A stretch of DNA of 64,000 nt, taken from an uncultured delta proteobacterium. Lineage in GTDB: Bacteria; Myxococcota_A; UBA9160; UBA4427. The DNA lies in assembly GCA_963822965.1 (NCBI GenBank), contig CAWGJT010000012.1:384001-448000 (forward strand), written 5' to 3'. Numbering within the stretch: the stretch's first letter is position 1; every line of letters starts with the position of its first letter. The notes under the pieces were generated by a model, which saw only the letters and a list, made by a program, of their open reading frames with translations, was not told where the DNA came from and searched no databases. The position numbers and the translations under genes were made by a program. Shown here in pieces: positions 21,413-33,027 of this stretch.

Positions 21413-24061
21413 TTAGCCCGCCGCAAGCTGGTAGAAGCGCTGGAGGGCCTCTTCGATCTTCGCCGGATCCCGGCCACCCGCCTGGGCGAAGTCGGGCCGT
21501 CCTCCCCCGCCCCCGCCGACGACCTTCGCCACGTCGCGGATGAGATCGCCGGCCTTGTGGGCGCCCGTGAGGTCCTTGGTGACCCCCGCGGCCAACAGCA
21601 CCTTGCCACCCGACTCGGAGATCACGAGCACGACGCCGCTCCCGAGTCGGTTGCGCAGATCGTCGACGAGCGAGCGCATGCCCTCGGCGTCGAGTCCGTC
21701 CACCCGCACGCCGAGCACCTTCGTTCCGTCGATCTCGCGCACCTGGGACATCAGGTCGCCGGCGGCCTCACCGGCCTGCGCCTGCTTGAGCTGATCGAGC
21801 TCGCGCTGCGCGAGGCGGCGTTCGTCGAGCAGCTTCTCGACGCGGACCGGAACGTCCGCGGGCGCCGTCTTGAGCAGGCTCGCCACCTGCTCGAAGACCC
21901 GCTCCTGCTTGCGGATGTGGCGCAGCGCGCCGAGCCCGGTGAGCGCCTCGATGCGGCGCACCCCGGAGGCGATCCCCTGCTCGGAGATGATTTTCAGCAG
22001 GCCGATGTCGCCCGTCGCGTGGGCGTGCGTGCCGCCGCACAGCTCGGTCGAGAAGGGCCCAAACGACACCACGCGCACGTGGTCGCCGTACTTCTCCTCG
22101 AAGATGGCGATGGCACCGGACTTGACGGCCTCCGAGTACGGCATCTCCCGGGTCTCCGCCCCGGCATTCGCCTCGATCCACTCGTTGACGCGATCCTCGA
22201 TGCGCTCGATCTCGTCCTTCGTGAGCGGGGCGTCGTGGGTGAAGTCGAATCGGAGCCGGTCCGGTCCCACCAGGGAGCCCTTCTGGGCCGCCTGGGGGCC
22301 GAGCACCTCGCGCAGGGCCGCATGCAGCAGGTGCGTGCCGGAGTGGTTGCGCACGGTGGCCTGGCGCGCCGCGGCGTCGACGTTGAGCTGCGCCCGCTCT
22401 CCCACGCCGATGCGGCCGGCGGCGACCTTGCCCCGGTGCACGACCAATCCCTCGACGGGCTTCCGGGTGTCCTCGACGGCCACCCTGCCCCCTTCGGTGG
22501 TGAGGGTGCCCAAGTCGCCCACCTGTCCGCCGCTCTCGGCGTAGAAGGGCGTCTCCTCCACCACCACCTCGACGGCGTCGCCCTGGGACGCCTCCTCGGC
22601 GGGGGCGCCGTCCACCAGCAGCGCGGTGATCGCCGACTCCGCCTCCAGGCTCTGGTAGCCGCAGAACGACGTGGCGAGGTCCTTTGCCATCCGCTGGTAG
22701 ACCTCGTCCACCGCGGCGTCGCCGCTGCCCTTCCAGGCGGCGCGAGCGCGGCTCTTCTGCTCGGACATGGCCGACTCGAAGCCCCGGGTGTCCACGGACA
22801 TGCCCCGGCCTCGCAGCACGTCCGCCGTGAGGTCCACCGGGAAGCCGAAGGTGTCGTAGAGCTTGAAGACCGACGCACCCGGCAGCGCCGTCTCGCCGCG
22901 CTCGCGCAGCCCGGCGATCTCCTCCTCGAGGATCTGCAGCCCCTTCGAGAGGGTCTCGAGGAAGCGCTCCTCGTCGCTGCGGACCCGGGAGCGGATGTAG
23001 TCCCGGCGCTCGGCCACCTCGGGGTACGCACCGCCCATCTCGTCGATGACCGCGTCCACCACGGCGTGCAGGCACGGCTCGTTCACGCCGAGGAAGACGG
23101 CGTGTCGCGAGGCGCGCCGCAGGATGCGCCGCACCACGTAGCCGCGACCCGCGTTCGACGGGAGCACCCCGTCGCCGATCAGGAAGGTGAGCGCGCGGGC
23201 GTGGTCGCCGATGACCCGCAGCGAGACGTCCTTCTCCGGATCGTCGCCCAGACGCACGCCCGAGAGCTCCTGGGCGCGACCGAGGGGGAGCCGGAAGAGG
23301 TCGGTGTCGTAGTTGTTGCGGACGTCCTGAAAGACGCTCGCCCAGCGTTCGAGCCCCCCGCCGGTGTCGATCGACGGCCTGGGCAGCGGCGTCTTCTCGC
23401 CCGAGGCGTCCCGGTTGAACTGCATGAACACGAGATTCCAGAGCTCGAGCCAGCGGCCGCAGTCACAGGACGGATCGCAGACCGCCGCGGTGCAGGCGGG
23501 GTTCCGACCCTCCTCGAAGAAGTAGTCCACGTGGATCTCGGAGCACGGCCCGCAGGGTCCCGTCTCGCCCATGGACCAGAAGTTCTCGTCCTCGCCCAGG
23601 CGGTAGATCCGGCCGGCCGGAACGCCCACGCCCCGCTCCCAGTGGTCCGCCGCGGCGTCGTCCTCCCGGAACACCGAGACCGCGAGACGCTCGGGGGCGA
23701 GCCCCATCTCCCCGGTGAGCAGCTCCCAGGCGAAGTCGATGGCGCCTTCCTTGAAGTAGTCGCCGAAGGAGAAGTTGCCGAGCATCTCGAAGAAGGTGTG
23801 GTGGCGCGGGGTGCGGCCGACGTTCTCGAGGTCGTTGTGCTTGCCGGAGACCCGCATCACCTTCTGGGAGCTGGTGGCCCGGGTAAAGGGGCGGGTCTCC
23901 TCGCCGAGGAAGACGCGCTTGAACGGCACCATCCCGGCGTTCACGAACATCAGGGTGGGATCCGACTCGGGCACGAGGGACGCACTGGGGACGATCCGGT
24001 GGCCGCGCGCCTCGAAGTAGCGCAGGAACCGCTCGCGGATGTCCCGAGCCGGAACGAACAT
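21413..24061 (-). CDS. alaS: Alanine--tRNA ligase
   Basis: FVNAGMVPFK, HHTFFEMLGNFSFGDYFK, GPCGPCSE, NHSGTHLLH, ELCGGTH, GGGGGRPDFAQAGG. Confidence 0.97.
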   Translation of the reverse strand: MFVPARDIRERFLRYFEARGHRIVPSASLVPESDPTLMFVNAGMVPFKRVFLGEETRPFTRATSSQKVMRVSGKHNDLENVGRTPRHHTFFEMLGNFSFGDYFKEGAIDFAWELLTGEMGLAPERLAVSVFREDDAAADHWERGVGVPAGRIYRLGEDENFWSMGETGPCGPCSEIHVDYFFEEGRNPACTAAVCDPSCDCGRWLELWNLVFMQFNRDASGEKTPLPRPSIDTGGGLERWASVFQDVRNNYDTDLFRLPLGRAQELSGVRLGDDPEKDVSLRVIGDHARALTFLIGDGVLPSNAGRGYVVRRILRRASRHAVFLGVNEPCLHAVVDAVIDEMGGAYPEVAERRDYIRSRVRSDEERFLETLSKGLQILEEEIAGLRERGETALPGASVFKLYDTFGFPVDLTADVLRGRGMSVDTRGFESAMSEQKSRARAAWKGSGDAAVDEVYQRMAKDLATSFCGYQSLEAESAITALLVDGAPAEEASQGDAVEVVVEETPFYAESGGQVGDLGTLTTEGGRVAVEDTRKPVEGLVVHRGKVAAGRIGVGERAQLNVDAAARQATVRNHSGTHLLHAALREVLGPQAAQKGSLVGPDRLRFDFTHDAPLTKDEIERIEDRVNEWIEANAGAETREMPYSEAVKSGAIAIFEEKYGDHVRVVSFGPFSTELCGGTHAHATGDIGLLKIISEQGIASGVRRIEALTGLGALRHIRKQERVFEQVASLLKTAPADVPVRVEKLLDERRLAQRELDQLKQAQAGEAAGDLMSQVREIDGTKVLGVRVDGLDAEGMRSLVDDLRNRLGSGVVLVISESGGKVLLAAGVTKDLTGAHKAGDLIRDVAKVVGGGGGGRPDFAQAGGRDPAKIEEALQRFYQLAAG

Positions 24062-24268
24062 CGACCTCTGACCTCCGTAGCCGCCTCGTCGGACGTCGCG
24101 CCGCCGGACAACCGGGGCTCCAGTCACCGGAGAGCGGGGACGGGGACGCACCCCGGGCGGAAACGCCCAGGCGATTCGAGGACTTGGCGGCGGACGAATA
24201 TACAGGAGGCGTGCGCTCCCCGGGAGGGGCCGGAGGCGGCCGCCGGGCGGCCGAGGCGCGCGTCGGGG

Positions 24269-25457
24269 CTAGAAGCGCTCGATGCTGAAGTCGTCGTCGT
24301 CGGGCTTCTCGTCCCCGGCCGGCGCCTCGCCCTCGGGCTTCTCGGACGGGTCTCCGTCGAAGTCGCTCCAGTTGCCGTCGGAGGTGGAGGCGATCCCGCG
24401 GTAGCGCAGGGCGAAGTCGTCCGGGTTGGAGACGTTCTTCAGCGCCTCCTCGTAGGTGACGAGCTCCTGCTTGACGAGCTGCATCAGCGACTGGTCGAAG
24501 GTCTGCATCCCGTAGGTCGTGAAGCCCTTGGCGATGGCGTCCGGGATCTCCTTCGTCCGGTCCTTGTCGTTGATCAGCTCGCGCACGTAGGCCGTGGACA
24601 CGAGCACCTCGAGGGCCGGCACGCGCCCCCGACCGTCGGCCCGCGGAACCAGGCGCTGGCTGATCACCGCCTTCAGGATCGCGCCGAGCTGCAGGCGCAC
24701 CTGCTTCTGCTGGTGCGGCGGGAAGACGGAGATGATGCGGTTGATGGTCTCGGTCGCGTCGAGCGTGTGGAGCGTGCTCATCACGAGGTGGCCCGTCTCG
24801 GCGGCGGTGAGCGCCGTCTCGATGGTTTCGAAATCGCGCATCTCGCCCACCAGGATGACGTCCGGATCCTGGCGCAGGGCGGCGCGCAGCGCGTTCGCGA
24901 AGCTGTGGGTGTCCACGCCGATCTCGCGCTGGTTCACGATGGAGCGCCGGTCCCGGATCAGGAACTCGATCGGATCCTCGATGGTCATGATGTGGCAGGT
25001 CCGGTCCGCGTTGATGTGCTCGATCATGGCGGCGAGAGTCGTCGACTTGCCGGAGCCGGTGGTCCCGGTGACCAGGATGAGCCCGCGGTTCTCCTGGGTG
25101 ATTCGCTCGACCACCTTGGGCAGGTGGAGCTGGTCGATGGTCTTGACACCGAAGGGGATCACGCGGAAGACGATGCCCACGGTGCCGCGCTGCTGGAAGA
25201 CAGTTGACGCGGAAACGGCCGAGACCCGCGATCCCGTAGGCAAGGTCCGCCTCGCGGTTCTCCTCGAAGCGGGCCTTCTGGACCGGGTTCATGATCTCGA
25301 GCGCCATCTTCTGGATCTCGTCCGGCATCATGCGCTCGCCGTTCTTCAGCGGCACGAGCGCACCGTCCACCCGGAACATCGGCGGCAAGCCCGACTTCAG
25401 ATGGATGTCGGAAGCGCCACCCTTGATGGCGACCTTCAGGATGTCGTTGAGCGCCAT
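24269..25457 (-). CDS. pilT: Type IV pilus retraction ATPase, PilT/PilU family; frameshift near 25202
   Basis: ASDIHL, GRFRVN | VFQQRG (one extra base), GTTGSGKST, TIEDPIE, ALRQDPDVILVGEMRD, GHLVMSTLH, GMQTFDQSL. Confidence 0.85.
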
Positions 25458-25619
25458 GCCCATGTCTGTTTCCGGCCCCCCACCGCGAGTGCAAGCGCGC
25501 GTCCGTCGGTAGCTCCGACACGCGCTCTGCGGGCTGTTTCGTCCGGAAACGACCCCACCTTGAGGAGATCCGCCGCGCAGCGATCGCGCAGGATTCCGCT
25601 GGCAGCGGAAGCCCGTCGC

Positions 25620-25651
25620 AAACGCCCCGGATCGGCGGACCCGGGGCGTTT
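25620..25651 (-). terminator. Hairpin downstream of recA, probable intrinsic terminator
   Basis: AAACGCCCCGG-N10-CCGGGGCGTTT inverted repeat about 30 bp after the recA stop. Confidence 0.55.
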
Positions 25652-25683
25652 CCGAACGAGCGCGACGAACGCCCTGCGGTCCC

Positions 25684-26808
25684 TCAGGCCTCGGCGTCAG
25701 CCTCGGCGTCGGCGTCGGCGTCGGCGGAAGCAGCCGGCTCGCGGGGCGCGGCCGGCACGCGGCGCTTCAGCCCCTTGGCGGCATACACCGCGTCGGCGAG
25801 GCGGTCGCAGACCTCGGCGTTCTCCAGCAGGAAGGTGCGGGCGTTCTCCCGGCCCTGACCGATCCGCTCGCCCTCGTAGGAGTACCAGGAGCCGCTCTTC
25901 TCCACGATTCCCTCGTCCACGCCGAGATCGAGCAGATCGCCCTCCATCGAGATGCCCTGGTTGTAGAGGATGTCGAACTCGGCCTGGCGGAACGGCGGGG
26001 CCACCTTGTTCTTCACGACCTTGACCCGGGTGCGATTGCCGACGACGTTGTCGCCGTCCTTGATGGCCGCGATGCGACGGACGTCGATCCGGACGGAGGA
26101 GTAGAACTTCAGCGCATTGCCGCCCGAGGTGGTCTCCGGGTTGCCGAACATCACGCCGATCTTCATGCGGATCTGGTTGATGAAGAAGATCGTCGAGTTC
26201 GACTTGGCGACCGTGCCCGTTAGCTTGCGCAGCGCCTGGCTCATGAGCCGCGCCTGCAGTCCGACGTGCGTATCGCCCATCTCGCCCTCGATCTCGGCCC
26301 GGGGCACCAGGGCCGCCACCGAGTCGATGACCACCACGTCGATGGCCCCCGATCGCAGCAGCACGTCCGCGATCTCCAGCGCCTGCTCGCCCGTATCCGG
26401 CTGGGAGACCAGCAGCTCGTCCACCTTCACCCCCAGACGCCGGGCGTAGTTGACGTCGAGCGCGTGCTCCGCGTCGATGAAGGCCGCCGTGCCCCCGAGC
26501 TTCTGCACCTGGGCGATGGCGTGCAGGGTGAGGGTCGTCTTGCCGCTGGATTCCGGCCCGTAGATCTCGACCACCCGTCCGCGCGGGAAGCCCCCGATCC
26601 CGAGCGCGATGTCGAGACTGGGCGATCCGCTCGAGAAGTACGCGATCTCGCGATCCACGGCGTCTCCGTCCATCTTCAGGATCGACCCCTTGCCGAACTG
26701 CTTCTCGATCGACGAGACCGCGAGCTCGATCGCCTTGCTCCTCGCGTCGTCGGTGGTCTGCCGCTCCACCTGCGGCTTCGGTGCGTCCGTGCGCTTCTTG
26801 CCTGCCAT
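25684..26808 (-). CDS. recA: Recombinase A
   Basis: [52 protein letters not shown]. Confidence 0.98.
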   Translation of the reverse strand: MAGKKRTDAPKPQVERQTTDDARSKAIELAVSSIEKQFGKGSILKMDGDAVDREIAYFSSGSPSLDIALGIGGFPRGRVVEIYGPESSGKTTLTLHAIAQVQKLGGTAAFIDAEHALDVNYARRLGVKVDELLVSQPDTGEQALEIADVLLRSGAIDVVVIDSVAALVPRAEIEGEMGDTHVGLQARLMSQALRKLTGTVAKSNSTIFFINQIRMKIGVMFGNPETTSGGNALKFYSSVRIDVRRIAAIKDGDNVVGNRTRVKVVKNKVAPPFRQAEFDILYNQGISMEGDLLDLGVDEGIVEKSGSWYSYEGERIGQGRENARTFLLENAEVCDRLADAVYAAKGLKRRVPAAPREPAASADADADAEADAEA

Positions 26809-26904
26809 CGTTTCCTCCCATCCTTCCTGTCCCTGCTGTGTGTGGGGTGTTCGAGACCGTGGTGTGTTCGGGGCCGGCGCCTCGGTCCGGCCCTCCTCGA
26901 GCGC

Positions 26905-28263
26905 CTAGCCGGCTCCGGGTGCGTTGCCTCCGCCCCGCTGCCGAAGCAACGACGGACCGACGAGCTCGACGCCGAGCAGCGAGCGCCGCACCCAGTCCAG
27001 ACCGATCTGGCTGGAGAGCGCCCGGTGCCGCTCGCGATCCAGCGGAAAGACGAAGCGGTCGGTGTGGCTCCCGCCGTCCCAGGCGATGCCGACGCAGACC
27101 GTGCCCACGGGCTTCTCCGGGGTGCCCCCGTCGGGCCCGGAGATGCCGGTGGTGGAGACGCCGAAGTCCGCGCCGAAGCGCTCGCGGGCGCCCTCGGCCA
27201 TGGCGCGCGCGACCTCGTTCGAGACGGCGCCGCAGCGGGCGATCAGCGACTCCGGCACGCCCAGCATCGCCACCTTGGCGGCGTTCGAGTAGGCCACGAC
27301 ACCCCCCAGGAAGTACGCCGAGGAGCCGGGCACCCGGGTCAGGCGCTCGGCCAGCAGGCCGCCCGTGCAGGACTCGGCGACGGCGACCGTGCGCCCGCGA
27401 TCGGTGAGCATGCGGCCGACCACCACCTCCATGGTCTCGTCCACCTCGCTGTAGACGATGGAGCCCAGGCGCTCCCGGATCTGCGCGACCAGGGCGGCCA
27501 CCCGGGCGGCCGCGAGCTCTGCCGTGGCGGCCCGGGCGAGGGGACGCAGAGCGTTGTCGGGGAAGCTCGTGCGGAACCCCAGCTCCACCCCCTCCTCGTT
27601 CGCCACGTCCTTCAGGTCGGCGTCCAGGCTCGACTCTCCTACGCCGAAGGTCCGCAGCAGCGCAGCGCGAACCACGAGCGGCGCCTCCGCGACCGCACGC
27701 GAGCCCGCTCCACCGGCGCGGGACGCGCGCCAGCGCGCGACCCGCGGCAGCACCTGCTCCTCCAGCATCCGCCGCAGCTCGCGCGGCACGCCGGGCATGC
27801 AGAAGACGATCGAATCCCCCGCCCCCGTCTCGGCCGCCCCCAGGGCCAGCGCGCAGCCCGGCGCCGTGCCGATCGGGTTCGGAAGCACCTCCGCATCGCG
27901 CGGAAACCAGGCCTGCTTGGCGTTGTTCTCCGCCATCTCGCGTCCGACCCGGCGGAAGAAGTCGCGAATCAAGTCGAGGGACGCCTCGTCCAGCACCAGC
28001 TCGCGGCCGAAGGTCCGGGCCAGCACGGCGATGGTGAGATCGTCCCGCGTGGGGCCGAGACCGCCGGACACCAGCACGACGTCGCTGCGCGAGACGGCGC
28101 GCCGGAAGGCGTCCGTCATGTCCTCCGGATCGTCGCGCACGGAGGTCTGGAAGCGGCACTCGACGTCGTGGTCGAGCAGCCGCTCGGCGAGCAGCGCCTT
28201 GTTGGAATCGACGATCTCCCCGCGGAGGATCTCGTCTCCGATGGTCAGGATCTCCGCCTTCAC
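26905..28263 (-). CDS. cinA: Competence/damage-inducible protein CinA (MoCF + PncC domains)
   Basis: [46 protein letters not shown] overlaps the pgpA stop. Confidence 0.93.
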   Translation of the reverse strand: MKAEILTIGDEILRGEIVDSNKALLAERLLDHDVECRFQTSVRDDPEDMTDAFRRAVSRSDVVLVSGGLGPTRDDLTIAVLARTFGRELVLDEASLDLIRDFFRRVGREMAENNAKQAWFPRDAEVLPNPIGTAPGCALALGAAETGAGDSIVFCMPGVPRELRRMLEEQVLPRVARWRASRAGGAGSRAVAEAPLVVRAALLRTFGVGESSLDADLKDVANEEGVELGFRTSFPDNALRPLARAATAELAAARVAALVAQIRERLGSIVYSEVDETMEVVVGRMLTDRGRTVAVAESCTGGLLAERLTRVPGSSAYFLGGVVAYSNAAKVAMLGVPESLIARCGAVSNEVARAMAEGARERFGADFGVSTTGISGPDGGTPEKPVGTVCVGIAWDGGSHTDRFVFPLDRERHRALSSQIGLDWVRRSLLGVELVGPSLLRQRGGGNAPGAG

Positions 28264-28802
28264 GCGCCGCCCTCTCCGACCGCGCCGCCGACCGCGACGA
28301 GCAGCAGCGCGTAGCACGGCACCGTCATCGCGAGGGCCGCCAGCCCGCCCGCCACCCAGTCGTCCGCCATCACCCCCAGCCCCCCGTCGAAACGTTCCTC
28401 GGCCCAGCGCACCGGACCCGGCTTGGTGATATCGAACCCGCGGAATGTGACGAATGCGGTCACGACCAGCGCCCACCAGGCCGCCGACCCCGAAGCGAGC
28501 CAGACGACGCCGGCGTCCCGAGCCACCGCGCCCAGGACGAGCACCGGAGTCAGGGAGATCAGCTGCCCGGCGACCTCGTCGATCACGATGCGCCCGTCGT
28601 CTTGCTGTCCGAACGCCCGCTCGCAGCGCCCCGAGGCCCACACGCCCAGCCCGGAGACCACCAGCGCCACGGCCCCATGCGCCTCCAGGAGAGGGACGGG
28701 ACGGAGACCCGCGGCGACGCCGCAGACGGCCAGGAAGAGCAGAACGCCGGCCATCGACCCGAACGTGCCCGGCGCGACGGGTGCGAAGCCCACGCCCCCC
28801 AC
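28260..28802 (-). CDS. pgpA: Phosphatidylglycerophosphatase A (true start probably slightly further upstream)
   Basis: [39 protein letters not shown]. Confidence 0.88.
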   Translation of the reverse strand: MGGVGFAPVAPGTFGSMAGVLLFLAVCGVAAGLRPVPLLEAHGAVALVVSGLGVWASGRCERAFGQQDDGRIVIDEVAGQLISLTPVLVLGAVARDAGVVWLASGSAAWWALVVTAFVTFRGFDITKPGPVRWAEERFDGGLGVMADDWVAGGLAALAMTVPCYALLLVAVGGAVGEGGA

Positions 28803-29148
28803 CGTCCCGATCCAGACGGCGGCGCCCCGGGGCGCTGCCGTCGCCGGCCCGGACCTCCCGGAGCCCTCGCCCTGCCCGGCCGTAACCGGCTGGATCTGCT
28901 CTGGATTCGGGAGATTCGGCTGGGAGATGGCGCGGACCCCCTCGCGGTGATGCGGCGACGAGTGCGAGACCGGTGCTCGACTGGTTGGGGGGGCCAGCGC
29001 GGACGTCGGGAGGGTAGCCGCCGCGAGATTCCAGCGTCAACGAGAAAAGGCGAAAACAATGCGAAAATCGCGTATCCGTCAGGATACCCCCCGGAGTACA
29101 GACGAGAGGCGATTCGGACGATGGAGGAGCCCGGAGGGAAGGCGTCTC

Positions 29149-30786
29149 ATGGACGATTCCGGACTCGCGGGCGCGTGGGGAGAACGGACCTCCGCGGACC
29201 TGTCGAGCCTGCTGCTGGAGCTGGGACGCGCCTGGAAGGCGGCTTCGTTCTACGGGCCCGACAACGTCACCACCCAGAAGCTGATCGAGCGCGCGTGTCG
29301 AGCCTGGCAGTCGGACCTGGCCCGGGCGGGCCCCCTCGAGCTCGAGCTCACCCCGGGCGGCTTCCAGCTCGCCGGGGTGCGGGGGGTCTACGGAACCGAG
29401 CACCTGGGCAAGGTGAGCGACGGTCTCGCGCGCCTGGGGATCCAACGCCTGCGCTTCACCGAGGTGATCTCGAGCCGGTCCCTGACGGCCTTCATCGGCT
29501 CGCTGCTCGAGATGAGCGCGGGCATCCGCCCCGTCTCGCAGCTCGGCATCGAGGTGGACGGCGAGATCTGTCTCTCCCTCGACTCGGACGAGGCGACCGG
29601 GCCGGACGGCGACGCGTTGCCGGACGAGCCGCCCCTCGCCTCCCTGGGCTCGTCGCTGCTGCGCGCCCGGCGGGACGAGGCTCGAGCCCCGGACGAGCCG
29701 GAGAAGCCCGACCCCGGATTCGAGCCGCCGCCAGCGGACCGGAACGCCGGCAGTGCCCGGCTGCGGGCGCTCCTGCAGGACCTCGACCGCTGCACCGACG
29801 ACGATGGCTACGAACGACTGGCAGCCCGCGCAGCCGACGGCGCGCGCGGCCTCTGCGACGAGGGGCTCGTCGAGGCAGCCATGCGGGCCATCTACGTGCT
29901 GGCGGACCACGTGATGGGAGAGGGGGGCCGCTCGGCGGTGCAGGCGCGAATCGCCCGCGCCACCCTGCTCGACCTGGCCCTCGGCGACCGCCTCGGCCTG
30001 CTGATCGATCGCGCCTGCTCGAACGACACGACGGCCAGCGTGCACGCCGCCCAGGTGCTGCTGATCGTGGGCGAGCAGGCCGTTCCGGCGCTCCTCGAGC
30101 GGCTCGACGCGGAGGCCGGAGGTCCCCGGGAAGGCCAGCTGACGGGCCTGCTGATCGCGCTCAGCGAGTGCGCGGTGCCGGCCCTGCGCGCCGCGATCGG
30201 CTCGGGAGCCGGGAGCCGTGCCCGCCTCGGCGTGAAGATCGCAGGCGACCTCCAGTGCCCCGAGCTGGTGAAGCCCCTGCGCGACCTGCTGTGCGCCAAG
30301 GACGGGCCGCTCCAGAAGGACGCCGCCCGGGCGCTCGTCGAGATGGGCAACTCGGCGGCGCTACGCGCCCTGATGGAGGCCGTCGAGAGCCGCCACGATC
30401 GCACCGCGGAGATCGCGGCCTCCGCGCTGGGCGCTCTCGGCGAGCCGGGAGGCCTCACCGCGTTGGTGCGCCGGCTGGAGCGCGCCACCCAGGAACGCCG
30501 CTGGGACCTCGGCCGGCACCTCCTGCAGGCCATCGGCCAGTTCGAACGGGGCGACCGGGCCACCGCCCGGGCCCTGCTCGCCTGGGTGCAGCGCGGCGGC
30601 CCGCCCTGGCGGCGCCCGGACCTGGACCTGAAGCTCGAAGCCGTCAGCGCCCTGGGCCAGCTGGCGGGCGAGGAGACCACCGACGCCCTGCGCGAGATCG
30701 CGGGCCTGCGCGCGCCTGCGCGGCTGTGCGAGCGGGCTCGACGCATCCTCGACCGCCGCGGGGACGGGCGGCGCTCCCCGCGGTGA
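29149..30786 (+). CDS. HEAT/PBS-lyase repeat protein
   Basis: Repeated helical units ([35 protein letters not shown]). Start uncertain (29059 or 29149). Confidence 0.72.
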   Translation: MDDSGLAGAWGERTSADLSSLLLELGRAWKAASFYGPDNVTTQKLIERACRAWQSDLARAGPLELELTPGGFQLAGVRGVYGTEHLGKVSDGLARLGIQRLRFTEVISSRSLTAFIGSLLEMSAGIRPVSQLGIEVDGEICLSLDSDEATGPDGDALPDEPPLASLGSSLLRARRDEARAPDEPEKPDPGFEPPPADRNAGSARLRALLQDLDRCTDDDGYERLAARAADGARGLCDEGLVEAAMRAIYVLADHVMGEGGRSAVQARIARATLLDLALGDRLGLLIDRACSNDTTASVHAAQVLLIVGEQAVPALLERLDAEAGGPREGQLTGLLIALSECAVPALRAAIGSGAGSRARLGVKIAGDLQCPELVKPLRDLLCAKDGPLQKDAARALVEMGNSAALRALMEAVESRHDRTAEIAASALGALGEPGGLTALVRRLERATQERRWDLGRHLLQAIGQFERGDRATARALLAWVQRGGPPWRRPDLDLKLEAVSALGQLAGEETTDALREIAGLRAPARLCERARRILDRRGDGRRSPR

Positions 30787-30826
30787 GCGCGCCGCCGCGG
30801 AACGAATCGCTACGCTCGGACTCCGA

Positions 30827-31291
30827 ATGCGCGTATTGGGAGTCGATCTGGGCAGCCGTCGAATCGGACTCGCCGTCTCGGACGCCGAGGGTAGCTTCGC
30901 GTTTCCTCTGGACGCGATCGAGAGCCGCGGCCTCGCTCGCGACGTCGAGGTGCTGCGCGTGCTGATCGCCGAACGGGAGGTCGAGCAGGTGGTCGTCGGA
31001 CTGCCCCTGCACATGAGCGGCCGCGCCGGGCCCGAGGCGGAGAGCGCCCGCCGGTTCGCGACGGCCCTCGGGGGAAGCGCCGGGGTCCCCGTGGACCTCC
31101 TGGACGAGCGCTGGACGACGGCGGAGGCCGAGCGCGCGCTCCAGACGGGACCGGGCGGCCGGGGCAGGCGCCGCGCGGCCCGCAAGAGCGGCGAGCGGGA
31201 CTCCATGGCCGCCTCGATCCTGCTTCGCACCTGGCTCGACCGTGACGCTTCCCGTGCCCGGGAGGCGGCCCGCCAGGAGGATCCCGCGTGA
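30827..31291 (+). CDS. ruvX: YqgF/RuvX putative pre-16S rRNA nuclease
   Basis: LGVDLGSRRIGLAVSD, VVGLP, DERWTT, DSMAASILL. Confidence 0.92.
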   Translation: MRVLGVDLGSRRIGLAVSDAEGSFAFPLDAIESRGLARDVEVLRVLIAEREVEQVVVGLPLHMSGRAGPEAESARRFATALGGSAGVPVDLLDERWTTAEAERALQTGPGGRGRRRAARKSGERDSMAASILLRTWLDRDASRAREAARQEDPA

Positions 31292-32303
31292 AGCGCTGGC
31301 TGGCCGCACTCGCGCTCGCGGCGACCGGGGGCGTCGCGCTCCTCGGGACGCTCGCGTACGTTGCCCACCAGCACCTCCAGCCGGTGGTGGGGGGGACGCA
31401 GCCGCGATCGCCTTCGATGTCGAACGCGGCCGCAGCCTGCGGCAGGTGGCGACCGGTCTCGAGGCCGCGGGTCTCGTCCGCGACGCCGAGACGCTCGTCT
31501 GGCTCGCGCGTTGGCGGGGCTGGGAGTCTTCGATCAAGGCCGGCGAGTACGAGCTGTCGCCCGCCTGGTCGGCGGAGCGGGTGCTCGAGCAGATCATCTC
31601 GGGCCGGGTGCGCACGTATACGACCGTGCTGCCCGAGGGCATCCGCGCGACGGAGATCGCCGAGCGCCTGGACGAGGCGGGCCTCACGCGGCGAGAGGAC
31701 TTCCTGCGCGTGGTTCGGGATGCGGCGTTCGCGAAGTCCCTGGGCGTACCCGCCCCGACCCTCGAAGGATATCTCTACCCGGAGACCTACGAGCTCCCGC
31801 GCGACCTCCCGCCCGAGCAGCTGGCCCGGATCCTCGTCGACCAGTTCAACGCGGCGTGGCGCGAGATCGAGCCCGAGGCGCACGGCCTCGAGCTCACGAA
31901 GCACCAGATCGTCACGCTGGCGTCGATCGTCGAGAAGGAGACCGCGACGCCGGACGAACGGCCGCTGATCGCGGCCGTCTTCCTGAACCGGCTCCGCAAG
32001 GGCATGCGCCTCGAGACCGACCCCGCGGTGATCTACGGGATCGAGAACTTCGACGGCAACCTTCGCAAGCGCGACCTGCGCGACAAGAGCAACCCCTACA
32101 ACACGTACCAGTTCGCCGGCCTGCCGCCGGGGCCGATCGCCAATCCCGGGGTCGATTCGTTGCGGGCGGTGGTGGAGCCCGCCGAGACCGACTACCTCTA
32201 CTTCGTTTCGCGCAACGACGGGACCCACGAGTTCTCGCGCACCTACCGCGAGCACGTGAACGCCGTGAACCGCTACCAGAAGCGAAGGAGCGCCAGTCGA
32301 TGA
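31288..32303 (+). CDS. mltG: Endolytic transglycosylase MltG; frameshift in G7 run at 31389-31395
   Basis: TM anchor in one frame; IKAGEY, LEGYLYPETY, LASIVEKE, MRLETDP, NPYNTY, GLPPGPIANPG, YLYFV in another. Adding one G to the homopolymer joins them. Confidence 0.9.
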
Positions 32304-32926
32304 GTGCCGACCCCCAGGACTTCTACGCGCGCCGGGTGCCCGCCCAGTGGAACCGCATCCTCGAAGACCAGGAGCGCTCCGCGAAGAGCGGCGACGAGAC
32401 GGCGGCCCGCGTCCTGGAGGGCATGCGGGGGGTCGACGCGACCATTCGCGTACACGTGCGGGGGGACGACGAGCAGCGCTTCCACCTGAACGTGGCCGCG
32501 GGACGCATGCGCGTAGAGGACGCGGACGCCCATCCGCCGTTCATGACCCTGGTGCACGACCGCGCCGCATTCGACGTGTTGGAGCGGGAGTCCGGCGACT
32601 CGGTCCTCGCCTTCCTCGGGGGCCTGGCGGGCCTCGAAGAGGCCATGAAGCTCACCGCCGGCCGCATGCGCAACCTGGCGGGTCTCGCGGGCACGTTGCG
32701 CTTCGCGCTCACGGGCGCCGGCGGCTTCACCCTGCTCGTCCACTTCGGCGAGGGCGAAGTGAGCGACGAGCCGAAGTGCAGCCTGGAGGTGGAACGCGAG
32801 GCCTACGAGAAGCTGCGCCGGGGCGAGCTCAATCCCCAGGAAGCCTTCATGAACCAGCAGATCTCGATCCAGGGAGACATGCAGATGGCCATGCAGCTCG
32901 CCCTGGCGGCGATGACGCCGGATTAG
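32300..32926 (+). CDS. SCP2 sterol/lipid-binding domain protein
   Basis: C-terminal GELNPQEAFMNQQISIQGDMQMAMQL is typical of SCP2. ATG overlaps the mltG stop. Confidence 0.72.
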   Translation: MSADPQDFYARRVPAQWNRILEDQERSAKSGDETAARVLEGMRGVDATIRVHVRGDDEQRFHLNVAAGRMRVEDADAHPPFMTLVHDRAAFDVLERESGDSVLAFLGGLAGLEEAMKLTAGRMRNLAGLAGTLRFALTGAGGFTLLVHFGEGEVSDEPKCSLEVEREAYEKLRRGELNPQEAFMNQQISIQGDMQMAMQLALAAMTPD

Positions 32927-32952
32927 CGGACGAACCCGCAGGATTCGTCCGC
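32926..32952. terminator. Hairpin between convergent SCP2 gene and mreB
   Basis: GCGGACGAA-N9-TTCGTCCGC 9-bp stem. Confidence 0.4.
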
Positions 32953-33027
32953 GGCGGAACCGCCGCCCGGGACTTCGTCTCGGGTCGCGCTCCTGGCTCG
33001 CGGCCGATCTCGTCCGCCGCGCCCCCG

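Noticed and set aside
26846..26870. GTGTTCG direct repeat upstream of recA as a LexA box
   Set aside because: The spacing (17-bp period) does not fit the LexA boxes I know (GAAC-N4-GTTC, GTTC-N7-GTTC, CTGT-N8-ACAG), so I cannot support the call.
31389..31395. Phase variation at G7 tracts in mltG and the 57843 gene
   Set aside because: The tracts are short and one base under length, matching the window-wide indel error pattern. This cannot be supported without reads.
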